Below are positions 13,327 through 26,500 of a stretch of DNA of 64,000 nucleotides, piece after piece. The notes beneath the pieces are model-generated. The model was given only the letters and a program-made list of their open reading frames with translations, was not told the origin of the DNA and searched no databases. The position numbers were made by a program, and so were the translations under genes. The stretch is taken from positions 4,917,448 to 4,981,447 of the forward strand of contig NC_068989.1 in the NCBI RefSeq assembly GCF_001194135.2, in the 5' to 3' direction. This DNA is from Octopus bimaculoides. Lineage: Eukaryota. Numbering within the stretch: position 1 is the stretch's first letter; each line of letters opens with the position of its first letter.

Positions 13327-16300
13327 GGATGATAGTGACACAAACTGTGTTGGATGAAATTCCTTGCACTATTTAAAGACATCCCTTTATATTATGAGTT
13401 CAAATCCCATCAAAGTTGGCTTTGCTTTTCACCCCTTCTGAGTTCACATGATAAGTACTGGTCAGTTCCATCAACTGTCCTTCTTTTAAGATTTCTGACC
13501 TTTTGCCTAGTTTAGAAATCATTATTATGTATTATGAGCTATTATTTACAGCTGGATTATAAGTCAAAATTCTTATTTACATATTTTTTGATACTTCTAC
13601 ATTTATGTTCGAAATGTAAGCAAACTTCCTCATTAAAGCCTCTAATTTAGAGAGATGAAATTTGGAGAGTTACTTTGCTGTAATGTCATCATGGCTGTCC
13701 AGGTTGCAGTAGATGCATGGTTCTGCAGGTGATTTTCTGGATGGGTCATTTTTTTTTTTTTTACATCCGAGGTTTTTTTAAACCCTGTGTATTTTATTAT
13801 TTCCCAAGGCAATGGTAATCTCATTGCTTGGCTTAGTTTCCTTTCTTTCTCCTTATCTTTTCTCTCACGGCTTATTTCTACCTCATTTCCTTTCTCTTAT
13901 CCTCTTCTCCTCTTTATCTCTCTTTCCTGGATTTCACTCACTGTCCTTCCCTCCCTTATCATTTTGTCATTCAAATAAATCTGAAATATGCACTAAATGA
14001 TGATGATGATGATGATAGTAAAGTTTTCTTTTCATAGTTGTTGCTTTCGATGTTGTTGTTGTTGTTTATGATTTCCTTATTGCTGTTGTTGTCTGTACGC
14101 TTTTTATGAATTGTTTTGTTGAATGATACAAAATGAAAGAACCCTTTTTTCAGAACTTGAGATGTACCAGATGCATTGGGTCAGTGAATTTATGTGAGCA
14201 ATGAGCAAATGAAACTCCTGAACTGATCCGATATGCTTACCAAGAAGTAAAAGATCATTTGTTAGATCTTGGGAAGGGACATTATTTCAAAAATCAACAC
14301 ACACACTGGATCTATTTCATTCCTTTTACTATTGTTACTCATTTCATTTACATTTAATTAGTTAACTAATCATTTGTTTGATTAATCCTTCAGTCAATCA
14401 ATCAATCACCTAGATTTGCCAAACTTAAAGCAGGCCTGGAGTAGAGAGGGCAGGTCATTTATGAGGCTACCAATGGCAACAGAAGGACTTTAAGAAAACT
14501 AGCTGAGTGAAGGGTTTTATATATATGTATATATATATATATATATATAAATAAAGATGTTTTAATTAAAACTTTATTGCAAGTTTTATTCACTTGTAAT
14601 TTACTCACCCCCCATTCAGCAGTATTCCATACCTCACGAGTGGGACATTCTCCACACCTTGAAAAACCGTAATGTAGAGGTTCCCCTGTAGGCTTGGTAC
14701 ATACATACCACTTGATATAAATGCTGTTTTTTTTTTAAAAAAAAGATAAACTTTCCATCAAACTGTAATGTAGTTCACTTCTCTATTTATATGTCTACTG
14801 CAATAAAACTAGATTATATGGCATTTAATTAAAGGGCTTTATCATATCTCACATCCTTAGTTCACTTGCATTATCTGTTTTTTAAACATTTTACTGATTT
14901 CACTTTCGCTTTTGTCTTTAGGTGGCTGTTCTTGTAAAGATCAGTTTGGATGTTTGATGTCCACAACAGTTCTGTAAGTATCAACTATTTCACAGAATTC
15001 TTCCACAACTTATTACAGCGTTAAATTTAAATGTATGGCAAATGTTGGTGTTAATAAGAAATTTCTGGCCTTGTGCATAAATTAGAAAACATTATTATTA
15101 ACACCACCATCAGCAACAATGTGAAGGAAGAATGGCATAGTGGTTTGGGTGTTTCTCTAATGATTGTAAGACTGTGATTTCAATTCTTGGACTGGGTGGT
15201 TGGTGCATTGTGTTCTTGAGCAAAACCCTTCATTTTTTTTTGATCCAGTCCACTCAACTGTAAATGAGTCAACTCCACAATGGACCAGCATCCTGTGCTA
15301 AGATAATATTAAGATCTCAATCTCTTATACATCATGGGAACAGGGTAACTGGCCCTATGAGTTCAAGGACTGGAAATAGCACTTGGTTACTGACATCATT
15401 GACAACAGCAGCCTAGCACAGATTGTGTATATTCTAAAAGCTTCACAGTCCTGAATGCAAAAAACTCAAGTTGATAAAATTACTGTTAGTAATGATAAAT
15501 GCAATGAATGAATGAAATGAAATGCAATGTTACATTATTCAGAACTCCTTCTTGAGATATTTTGTCGTTTTACTTTCAGACGCTCAACTGCTCTTCACTC
15601 TCGATTATTTTCTGACTGCAGTCGAAAAGATCTGGACACAGGGCTCAGCATGGGGATGGCATCTTGTATGATTCACCCACAAAAGGTATGACCATATACA
15701 TACTCTTCATATATATACACATATGTATATATATATACAACATACATAAATATTTCATAAGCACAGTTTTTTTCACTGACTGAAATAACATGAAAATGGG
15801 GTTTATTTTTGTTAGGTACAATGGTTGCAGTTTATAGTTTATAAGTCTATGATCAAAAATGTTCCAGTTGTGACCACCCCATCTTTTATGAGCCCTAATA
15901 TATTACAGAAAACATTATTTAATGTGTTCTTTTCTTCTTTTCCTTTTCTTTTTGTTGTTGTTGTAAGCTAGTAGGTTTGATTTAAGGAAGACTTGGTTAC
16001 TATTTTTAGCAAGACAACCAATGATCCATTTTGTCTTAGAAGCACGATAGTTTTAATGATGAAGTAGGAGCCTGCTCAACTAGTTATATAGTCATCATAT
16101 AGAGTAAAGATTTCTATAATATATTCTATAATATCATAGATACAGACATGGCTGTGTGGTTTAGAAATTCACTTTGAAACTGTGCTTACTTTCAAGTTCA
16201 ATCACTCTTTATATAGCCCCCAGGCCAACCAGTACCTTGTTGAGTGGATTTTGTAGATGGAAACTGTATGGAAGCTTTTTTACGTGTGTGAGTGCAAGCA

Positions 16301-19300
16301 TTGACATTCTACAGCATTGCTTCTCACCAGCTGAGCAAAACAGTGATATGATGTTAAACAATTGTTGTTTGCATTACAAGTTACTGTGTTCCTACAAAGG
16401 CTTGTGGAAAAGAATTAAAAAATCCATCTCTTCTTTGAAAATCTAATGAGGGTTCACAATAAGAAGAGTATCCAAACTCAAAATCCTTCCTCAGATAATC
16501 CCCCATTCAAAACTCTGGCCAGCTTTGGAAAAGGGGGACATTAAATACACTAATAAATTATGTCCACTGGCTACTGAAATACTCATGATTCTCATGAGAG
16601 ACAGGTGGAAGTGAATAGAACACAGCAAGGTTTCTTTAAGAGATGAAGCTGATCAGAGCAATGAATTATCACCGACACGGACATCTGATATGCAACAGGT
16701 ATGTGGCTTAACTCCATTAAGCTGTTCTCTTCATTTTCCCTGACATTGTAAATGTATAATTTTAAGTTTATAATTCCCTCACAGTGGTTTTAAGGGGAAG
16801 TAATTCTCCAAGGGAGTTTACTCTTGTTAAACGTTTTAATTTTTTTTTTTTTTCATCTATAGTTTGTTTATTAAAAATAAATTTCTTAAGTCCCGTTGGG
16901 GTATATCTAGATTGTATATAGAGTAAAGAGTGTCTTAACTATTGTTCTGGAGGGTAGGAGTGTCTGCAAAAGTCATGAGGCCTGTCCCCTCTTTTAGACT
17001 AAACTATTACACACACTGTACACAACATATTCAAATATATCACATTATATCCTATGTAAGTATGTAACTTGTATTTCATATTTGCGATTAGCTAATCACT
17101 ATGTAAAAGGAATAGTCAAATATATGTACATTATGGCATCATATAAATTACTAAAATAGTAAATAGTCAACTAATATCTCCATTGCTGGCATTGATATCT
17201 TAGATTGATTGCTTATTTTTTTTCTTTTCTGTTTCTCTTGCAGAGTATATTTGTGGAGACTTGTGGAAATAATCGAGTAGAACGAGGTGAAGAATGTGAC
17301 TGTGGTACTCCAGAGGTACGGCTAATGTTTTCTATCTATGTTTCTATATACGTATTATTAGTTTGTAGCAACCAGGAAATGTGGGTATATTTTCTATTTG
17401 CAACTTATAATTGACCGAATCCACCCTTTGGCACAAGACAATTGGCTACATTCATCTCTTCCCCTTAATAAATACAAACAGCCCCTTTAAATTTATTTAA
17501 AAAAATGAATGGACCTGTTATTTAAATGAAACATAGCTATTTCGATAGCCATGACCACTGTTAGCTTTTTGCTTTTTCTTTAGGCATGACTATGTGGTTA
17601 AGAAGTTCACTTTCCAACTGTGTGGGTTTGGGGTTCAGTCCCACTGCATGGCACTTTAGGCAAGTGTCTTTTACTGTATTTTGTGAGGGAATTTCATGGA
17701 CAGAAACTGTGTGGAAGCTTGTATGTGTCAAACTGTCTTTGAGTTTGTCCCTCACCACCACCACTTGACAGCTGGTGTTGGTTTGTTTGCAGCCCCATAA
17801 CTGAGCAGTTCAGCAAAAGAATCTGATAGAATACATACCAGCCCTTAGAAATAAATACTTGGATCAATTTGTCTGACTAAACCCTTCAAGGCAGTTCTCC
17901 AGAATGGCTTCAGTCCAAAGACTAAAACAAGTAGATGGTCAACTTTGCTTTTCATCCCTCCAGGGTTGATAAAAGAAAGCACCAATCAAGTACCGGAGTT
18001 GATGCTATCAACCAACTTCTCCCCCCTCTTGAAATTGCTGGCCTTGTGCCCAAATTAGAAACATTATTATTAACGCCACCATCAACAGCAATGTGAAGGT
18101 AGTGTTTCACTAACGATCGTAAGACTGTTTACCATTCATGCTATTTTGATCAAGTAAGCTTTTGATTAAAGCCCTTCCAATAATGGTAATCCCATCTTTT
18201 TTTTATCTCAAAGATTACATTGTTTTCATCTGTCTTTACGTTCTGAGTTCAAATTCCACTGAGGTCGACTTTGCCTTTCATCCTATCGGGGTCAATAAAT
18301 TAAGTACCAGTTGCATACTGGGGTCAATCTAATCGACTGCCCCCCCCCTCTCCAAAAATTTTGGGCCTTATGCCTAGAGTAGAAAAAGATTACATTGTTT
18401 GATGTATCCCTTTTTTTTATGGAAAGTGAGTAGGAGTGATGTGAGGGATAGATTGAATGAGTATCGAAGTTCATTCATTTGATGGCTCATTATACTTTAT
18501 GAGTGCATGAATGTATGCTGTCTTAGACATTTGTGTGTCTGTTGGCATACTACCACACTTCTATTTTATATTGGTAAGGGAGACTAGAAATGCATATCAC
18601 AATGTTATCCCTATGAAGTTATGGTTAGGGTGACGTTGGCATCAGGGATGTCTAGGAGTATAAAAGGTAAGTGATAATATTTAACCCCTGGCTGCTTCTA
18701 CTGAATTCACCCAGCAATATTTTCTGCTATTTCAGGAATGTGCACTCACTGACCCATGCTGTGATCCATCGACCTGTTTGCTGCATACATGGGCATCATG
18801 CAACAGTGGAGAATGCTGCTCAAACTGCACTGTAAGTGTCTTCAAGTGATTCACAATGCAAAATAAGATATGAAGATGCAAAACTTCTTCAGCTGTTTCT
18901 TAGAATAAGAAGTTGTCTCTTTGACTGTTTCAATATTCACATCACCCCACTATTGTTCTTCTATCTTTTCTTCCTCTCCGCTCATTCACCTTCCATTGGG
19001 ACAGAATCAATAGAGCAAGTATTTTGTCCCTTTACATTTTCAGTTCAAATCAGACTTAAGCCAGTTTTACTTTTTGATCTTCCTGAGGTGATAAAATAAT
19101 TACCAGTCAAATACTAGAATCAATTTATTTCATTCCATCCTCCCATAAATCCTGTGCTGTGGTGGCCATGTTAGAAATAATAATAATAATTATTATTATT
19201 ATTGCCCTTGCACAGCTCCTAATGCTGGAGATGTACTACAGTGTCAGCTGTTCACTACCAGTGAACTAAGGTAACACCTCTTATTTTTCGAGCACCATCC

Positions 19301-22300
19301 ATAATATTCGAGCGGTTCCAAGCAGTGCTGTTTTCTGCAAGTGCTATTTGTTCCATTATTATTATTATTATTAATCTATTTATTAAAGCCATTACATGCT
19401 CTTTTAGTTAGCAAGGTTGTATGTTGTCTTGAGCTTTGATGACAATGTGTTTCTTCAAATCTCAAGAATCTTTTTCTAGGTTTGCAGTTTTTGCAGAACA
19501 CAAGATAGCACTTTTCTACAGGTTGACACTGCATGTTTCAGTTCCAATATCCTTCAACCACTTAGGGAGCAGTTTGAGTGCTGTGCCAAGTGCACCAATT
19601 ACCACAAGAACATTTGTTGTCTTAGTCTTCCACAATCTTTTCATCTCTGGTTAGATCCTGATAATTCTCAATTTAGGCACAGGAGTGGCTGTGTGGTAAA
19701 GTAGCTTGCTTACCAACCACATGGTTCCGGGTTCAGTCCCACTGCATGGCACCTTGGGCAAGTGTCTTCTACTATAGCCTCAGACTGACCAAAGCCTTGT
19801 GAGTGGATTTGTAGACAGAAACTGAAAGAAGCCTGTCGTATGTGTGTGTGTGTCTATGTTTGCAACCCCCAAACATTGCTTGACAACTAATGCTAGTGTG
19901 TTTATATCCCCGTAACTTAGCTGTTCTCTATAGAGAAATCCCATAAAATTCTGTAATAGTTCATCATCACAGCCTCAGTTCATAACTTTTTTCTATCACA
20001 CACTCAACTAACATCCAACTCTACTCATTTATGACACAGTTATATTCTCTTTGTGCTACTTTAATGTATTCACTGAAAAGATGGTCAATACTTCATTGCA
20101 TTTTCCACAGGTTCTGTGTTTGCTCCCTGACTGAGTTTTCTCTCTCTTTGCTTTTATGAAATTCATTTTATTGGTTTGTTCCTGAGTAGCTATAATTAAT
20201 GATTCAGTTTCTCATTTTTCTCTGTTTATCAGTCTAACAACCTCTTTCTATTAATCAATATCTAGTTATCTGTGTATGTACTCCTATGTTTCTGTAAGTA
20301 TGTCTCCATCCATGTATGTGTACATCTCTCTATCTTCTTATCTCTCTCTCTCTCTCTCAGGTGTTGCCAAGAAACTATGTATGCCGTGCTAGTGTCACAG
20401 AATGTGATGTTCCAGAATACTGCACTGGAGAGACAGGAGTTGTAAGTCCCTATCTACAATAATCTAAAAACCATTGAACTAAGTATTTATTTCTCTGCCA
20501 AATGCCTGAGTTCAAATTTTAATTAGGTCAAATTTACCTTTCATCATTCTAGTTTACTAATGAATCAGATGACTCAATGGTGAGAGGTGAATCTGGAATG
20601 TCGTACTGGTATTTGTAAGTTAGCTTACTTAAGCCCTTCATTCCCTGTGGAGTATAGGCCATCAGTGACTTTGCTGCAGGGTTTTTTATTTTAGCCTGTA
20701 CTAAGACCTCCCTTTTTTTCTTTTTTTTTTTTTTGGTAACTTCATATGTTTCCTTGAAGGAAGACCCTTACTCGTGTTGGTTTTCAGCTGTTATCAAAAT
20801 ATAACTTTGCTTTTTCTCTAGGTAGGTGTGTTGTCTCTATGCAAACCCATTTTTACCTCTGGTCCATATTACTCTGGCCTCTATCTTTTGATCTATCTAA
20901 CATGAGAGGCCTTACATGGAGTTTTCACTCTGCTAGTATAGCTCTCAAGGTAACTGAAGCGCACACACTATCACAGCACAACAAGCACTGGTAACTTGTG
21001 GTGGTTTTGATGTGAAGCCAACATGATATCAACTTGGCTAGCATTGGCTCTCAAAAACATTTATACAAAAACCAAAGAGAAATCCTTCTTTTCCTTGTTG
21101 CTCACCTTTATTTTCTCTTTATTCTGCAGTGTCCTGCTGACAACAGCCTCCGAGATGGTGAACCATGTGCTAATAACACTGGCTATTGCTACAAAGGAAA
21201 ATGTCCAACAAAGGAGAAACAGTGTCAAGCAATATGGGGACAAAGTAAGTAATTTACCAACATTCCTGTAGAACTTTATTTTCTACTCTTTGTTTATCTT
21301 GATAGTTTTGATATGTTGTATTAAAGCAGTGTCACTGTTTACATTTGCCACTAAATCATATCCAACTGTGGAACGGTTTATCTTGCATAGGACCAGGAGA
21401 ATAAGTAGCCCACAGTATTCATACAGGCTGAGATCAGCACCACTTCTTATTCCACAGCTTCTTTCCATTTGGATTTCCTGGCACTTCTTTACCTGAATGT
21501 CATCATCCATATGTAGGTATGCGTTGACATGCACGCACACACACAAACAAACAAACATATTCATTGAATTGCATTCAAGAAATGCAAGGAAAGTGCACAA
21601 TACATGTTGATCTCACCTGAATATCACAGTGGCCTCTAACTCAAGTCATGAGTTAAACACTGTTTCAATAACTATCTTTGATTTCAATAACTGTTTGATT
21701 TTTTTTCACTGTACAAATTCCATCATCCCACCACCAGTTTGCCATCACCCCTTCCTTTCTTATTCATATGTTGTGATGGAGAAAAACACAAGAGTATTGA
21801 TTATAGTAGATATTTTCTTCAAATAATAAAAATTCATATTCTCATTAATCATTTGACATGTGTATAACCAAATTTACAACAGATGAAGAAATTCCATTCT
21901 GTTCAATGTTTCAGATGCTACTGGGGGTGATTATCGATGTTTTGACCAGTTCAATCCAACCGGCAACTTTAATGGACACTGTGGCAGAGACAGTCTCACA
22001 GGACGTTTTGCTAAGTGTGAACCAGAGTGAGCATTCATTTTTTTTTTAATCTATTTTCCAATTTTTTTTTCTTCAACTTTTTTAAAGTTGATATTTGGTA
22101 CACACGTGTGTGTGTGTATGTTGCGAGGAAGGCAGGGTACTTTTTAGCCCCAATAATAGCAAAGGATAATTCAGTTGAAAAATATCAACATGTTGTTAGT
22201 TTTCTTGTAGTGTGTGTCTAATGTTTGTACACTCTTCTGCAGGAATGTCCAATGTGGTTTGCTGCATTGTGCCGGAGGTTATCAACGCCCTGTACATAAA

Positions 22301-23485
22301 CCAAAGAAAGCTTTCGCCCAGACAACTGTCGTCTCAGATAATATGCAGTTTGAATGCAAGTAAGTAACATCAATACATTAATATATACATAACATCATTA
22401 GTCTATCATCTACGTCAGTTTTCTTATTTAACCCTTTGACCGTGTGTATTCACATATCCAGTTGACTCTATCTATTTACTTATTTAACTTTCTATCTTCC
22501 TGTTTATATATTGATTTATCTTGGTATATATCCAACCATCCAGTGATACAATGAGTTTATATTTCACTGCATATTTAAGAGTGTGTATATTGTGTGTTTA
22601 TGTAGAAGTGTGTGAAGACGTGTGGCTTAGTGGTTAGGATATTTGGCTTGCGATCGTAGGGTTGCAAGTTCAGTTCCTGGTGGCATGTTGTGTCCTTGAG
22701 CAAGGCACTTTATTTCACGTTACTCCAGTCCACTCAGCTGCCAAAAATGAGTTGTACCTGTATTTCAAAGGGGCCAACCTTGTCACACTCTGTGTCGTGC
22801 TGAATCTCTCTGAGAAGTATGTGAGGGGGTACATGTGTGTGTGTGGAGTGCTCAGCCACTTGCACATTAATCTCATGAGTAAGCTGTTCCATTGATCGGA
22901 TCAACCGGAACCCTCGTCGTTGCAAGCAACAGAGTGCCAATATTAGTTAAAAATTTCCTGTATCTATGTGCCCTGGAAACTTTCCTCTGCCTGTACTATG
23001 GATGCTGAGCACCTTTGATTGTTCTTTTCTACTCTAGGCACAAGGCCCTCAATTTTAGGGGAAGGGGCCAGTCGATTAGATCAACCCCAGTACACAACTG
23101 GTACTTAATTCATTGACTCCGAAAGGATAAAAGGCAAAGTCGACCTTGGTAGAATTTGAACTCAGAATGTAAAGACATAAGAAATACCACTAAGCATTTC
23201 ACCCGGAGTGAGTGAGTGAGTGAAATATCTCCCATAACTCATGTAGTTCCATCCTCTAAGTAGTGTATCAATGCTAGAGACAATGTTCTCTTCTCTCATT
23301 CTTTCAATTTTGAATTTCATTAATAAGTTTTTCGTTTGTTTTGTTTTTATTGAAATTTTTTTTATTTTTGAGGGTGGGGTATTCTTTTCTTTATTTTCAA
23401 ACTTTCTTTATTTTCCATCTTCAGGATTTCATATTTTCTCTATGACTCTGACACTGACTCAGATGGGTAAATAATTTTCTGTGGC

Positions 23486-23534
<49 letters not shown>

Positions 23535-26500
23535 CCACAATTTTTGTTTCCATTTTCTTTATTTTCTAGTTGCTGCCGTTTCACTCTAGTTGTCTCCCTT
23601 GTACAGAAAGGGGCCACCCAACCCTCAGTTCTTTTTTTTCACTTATCTCCACTTCCCCATGCAATGCTTTCACAGTGGTGGATCGCCTAAACATCATCAC
23701 CTAATCCTGAGCTGTTCATCACAATGAGTGAGTGAGTGAGTGAGTGTCTGTGTTTGCAAGAGATTGTAGCACTGCACTGATTCCGCCTGGCTGGCCACAT
23801 TCTCTCTCTCAAGCCAATCTACAGTGCCTGAAAACAGTCACGAATCAGACAGCATCTGTCTGTAGGTATAAAAGATCACTTGGCAGCAGACATTTCAAGG
23901 TGATCTGACAGTCAACAGTCAACATTACATGGAATGAATTTGCAAGATCAGCGGCCAACCAGGTTTCTCTGTAGCTTTCGCTACAAAACTGAACCCTATT
24001 TTTCACTCCACTTTCATCCCTTCTTTTTACCTTCATGCTTTGCATTTCACAGATGACGACAGGTCCCACCTTTAGCTATTCACCTGTGCAAGAAGAGTAA
24101 ATTCTGTGCTGCCCTGTCTTGTCAGTTTTGATTTTCGCTTCAGCCAGGAGAATTATCAATTTCACACCACTCTGCACTAAATTCACATCTCTCCTTCTCA
24201 CTGTCGTATTAGCTAAACATGTCTAAGAAGAGTTAGTTGACACCTCTGTGGTGATAATACCATGTTATATATAAAAACAGTTTAGCATTAAACTCAAGAA
24301 TTACTTATAATCAATTATGTTCCAACTGTAACAATCCCATCTTATAAACTTTGGACTACATTATCGAATTTACTCTTTTTTTTTTTTTTAAAGATAGTAA
24401 TAGGTTAAAATTTGAGGGTGATTTGGTTACTATTTCTAGCAGGTTGACTAATCTCCTTTTCCATGGATTGTGACATTTTTATTTCACTAAAACTGAAATG
24501 GCACACTATATAAATTTCTCTTTTTAAAAATGAAATGGAACATATTTGGGCTCTCATGTGACGTAAACATACACAGACAATACGGGCAATTAGGGTTTAA
24601 TTTTAATCTGCAAATGTGAAAGGTGAGAAGTAAAATACTCCAACCATAGACAATTTCATGATACAGCTGTGTAATTTTGAAACTTTAAATACCAAAATTA
24701 CTCAGAGCCAGAAACAGCTCTGCAACAAGTATCAAGATGAAGTTATTTAACCTACACACAGACTATAGTTTTCTTTAAATATGCTTGTATATCTATGTGC
24801 ATACATAGGGTGTGTATGCGCCATAGACACATGGTCAAGTGGTTAAGAAATTTGTTTCCCAGTCAGGCAGTTCCAGGTTTGATCCAACTCAAGGATATTT
24901 TGGTCAAGTTTCAGTTATCATAACCTCTGGTTGACCCAAGACTGTCCTAAATTTCGTGTCTGTTATGGATTAGGGCCATATGGGTTAGAATCTCAACACT
25001 GCATTAGTCGTTGTGTTGAGCAAACAACTTGGACCATTGTTTGCAAGATCCATTGATATGCAAATATCTGTGTGCTTCTTTAAAGCAAAATATATGTTGT
25101 CTGTCAACAGATGTTACTACTCGTACTGTATGGAAGACTGGTTCGTAATACAAAAGGAACATAAAATTGCAGTAAATATAAACTGCATTTCAACACTTTG
25201 AAACAACTATCATTTAACTCAATCACAACTGAAAAATAGGGAAAATAGCTAGTCATACATTTGACATGGAGACACATCTTTCTCGTTTCTGTTACATAAT
25301 CATAAAAAGTAAAACGTTAATGTCTGAAAAATAAAAGATAAATTTTTTTTCTATATGCATGTGATTAGCATTTATTTGAATGTATTTTGTTCACTCTTAA
25401 CTATTGAAACGACCAATAAATAAAAGAAATTGGTTTGCTTTGTATATATGTGTGTGTGTATATTGTTCTATAACAATGTCTTTGTATAACTGATATACAT
25501 TTTCGTATAAACCATAGTTCACTTAGTGTTGAACTGAGTTAAGCTTTCTATTTCATATCCAAAACCACAGATTATTTTCAAACTTTTGTAAAACAAGAAA
25601 TATTTTGCTTAATCAGTGAGAAGGAGTCTGGACGTCCTGACTGCAGCAGACCAGAACAGGCCATAAGCAATCAAACAAGAAATATTATTAAAAATAGTGA
25701 CACCTAATTCTTTGGTGGTTTGGAATGGAGAGGAATGACAGTAGAGATGCAAAAAGGAAATTGAAGAACTGTAAAGGACTAAAGACCATGTTTCAAATAT
25801 ACAACAGAAAGTTATTCTCTCAAGTTTTTTCCCCAAATATTTAGTATTGTTATTGAAAGTTTGCTCTCATTTCTTCCTTTTATTTCAGGATAATGCATGG
25901 GCCTACTAGTTTGGACCTTCCAAATAGGGGTCTTGTTCAAGATGGTGCAAAATGTGGGGAAGGCCGTATCTGTCTGAATAAACTATGCACTTCTTTCTCA
26001 GAACTCAAGAGTGTCCCTTGCCCTGGGGAAGACATAGGTCAACCTTGTTCAGGAAATGGGGTAAGTCATGGAAATTCTTTTTAATTCAATGTGTGTGTGC
26101 ACGTGCACATATTTTTAGAGTTGATTTAATCAACTATATCCCTTCCAAAAACATGTAGCAGGTTTTCTTGAGTTGAAAAACTAATGGGTAGTTCTATCTT
26201 AAGGGCTAGTTTAAGGGCTCAATACTCATCTGTGTATGCTGTCAATAAATAAATTCTACAGGTCCCAATGCATTTCTTCATAATAAACTTCTGATATTAT
26301 AATCAATGGAATTTAGTTCATTAACTGATCGATAAGTTAAAGCTGATACTACAAAAGTATTGATGGTACAGGTATTGTTGTTGCTGCTGATGAGGAAACG
26401 TTTTAATATTTTTATTATGACTCTGTTAAGGTATTTTTTCTCATTCTTGATGGGACACCTTTTACACATAAACTGTTTTTTTCTTATCTATGCCTAAGTA

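Noticed and set aside
19675-19750. tRNA-like A/B boxes here and at other SINE heads
   Set aside because: They continue into shared SINE bodies and do not form a full cloverleaf.
23704-24240. GC-richer block with TATAAAA resembling a solo LTR
   Set aside because: No TG...CA termini or target duplication could be defined.
26387-26403. ctgatgaggaaacgtt hammerhead-like string
   Set aside because: No stem II or stem I; it lies inside a LINE coding remnant.
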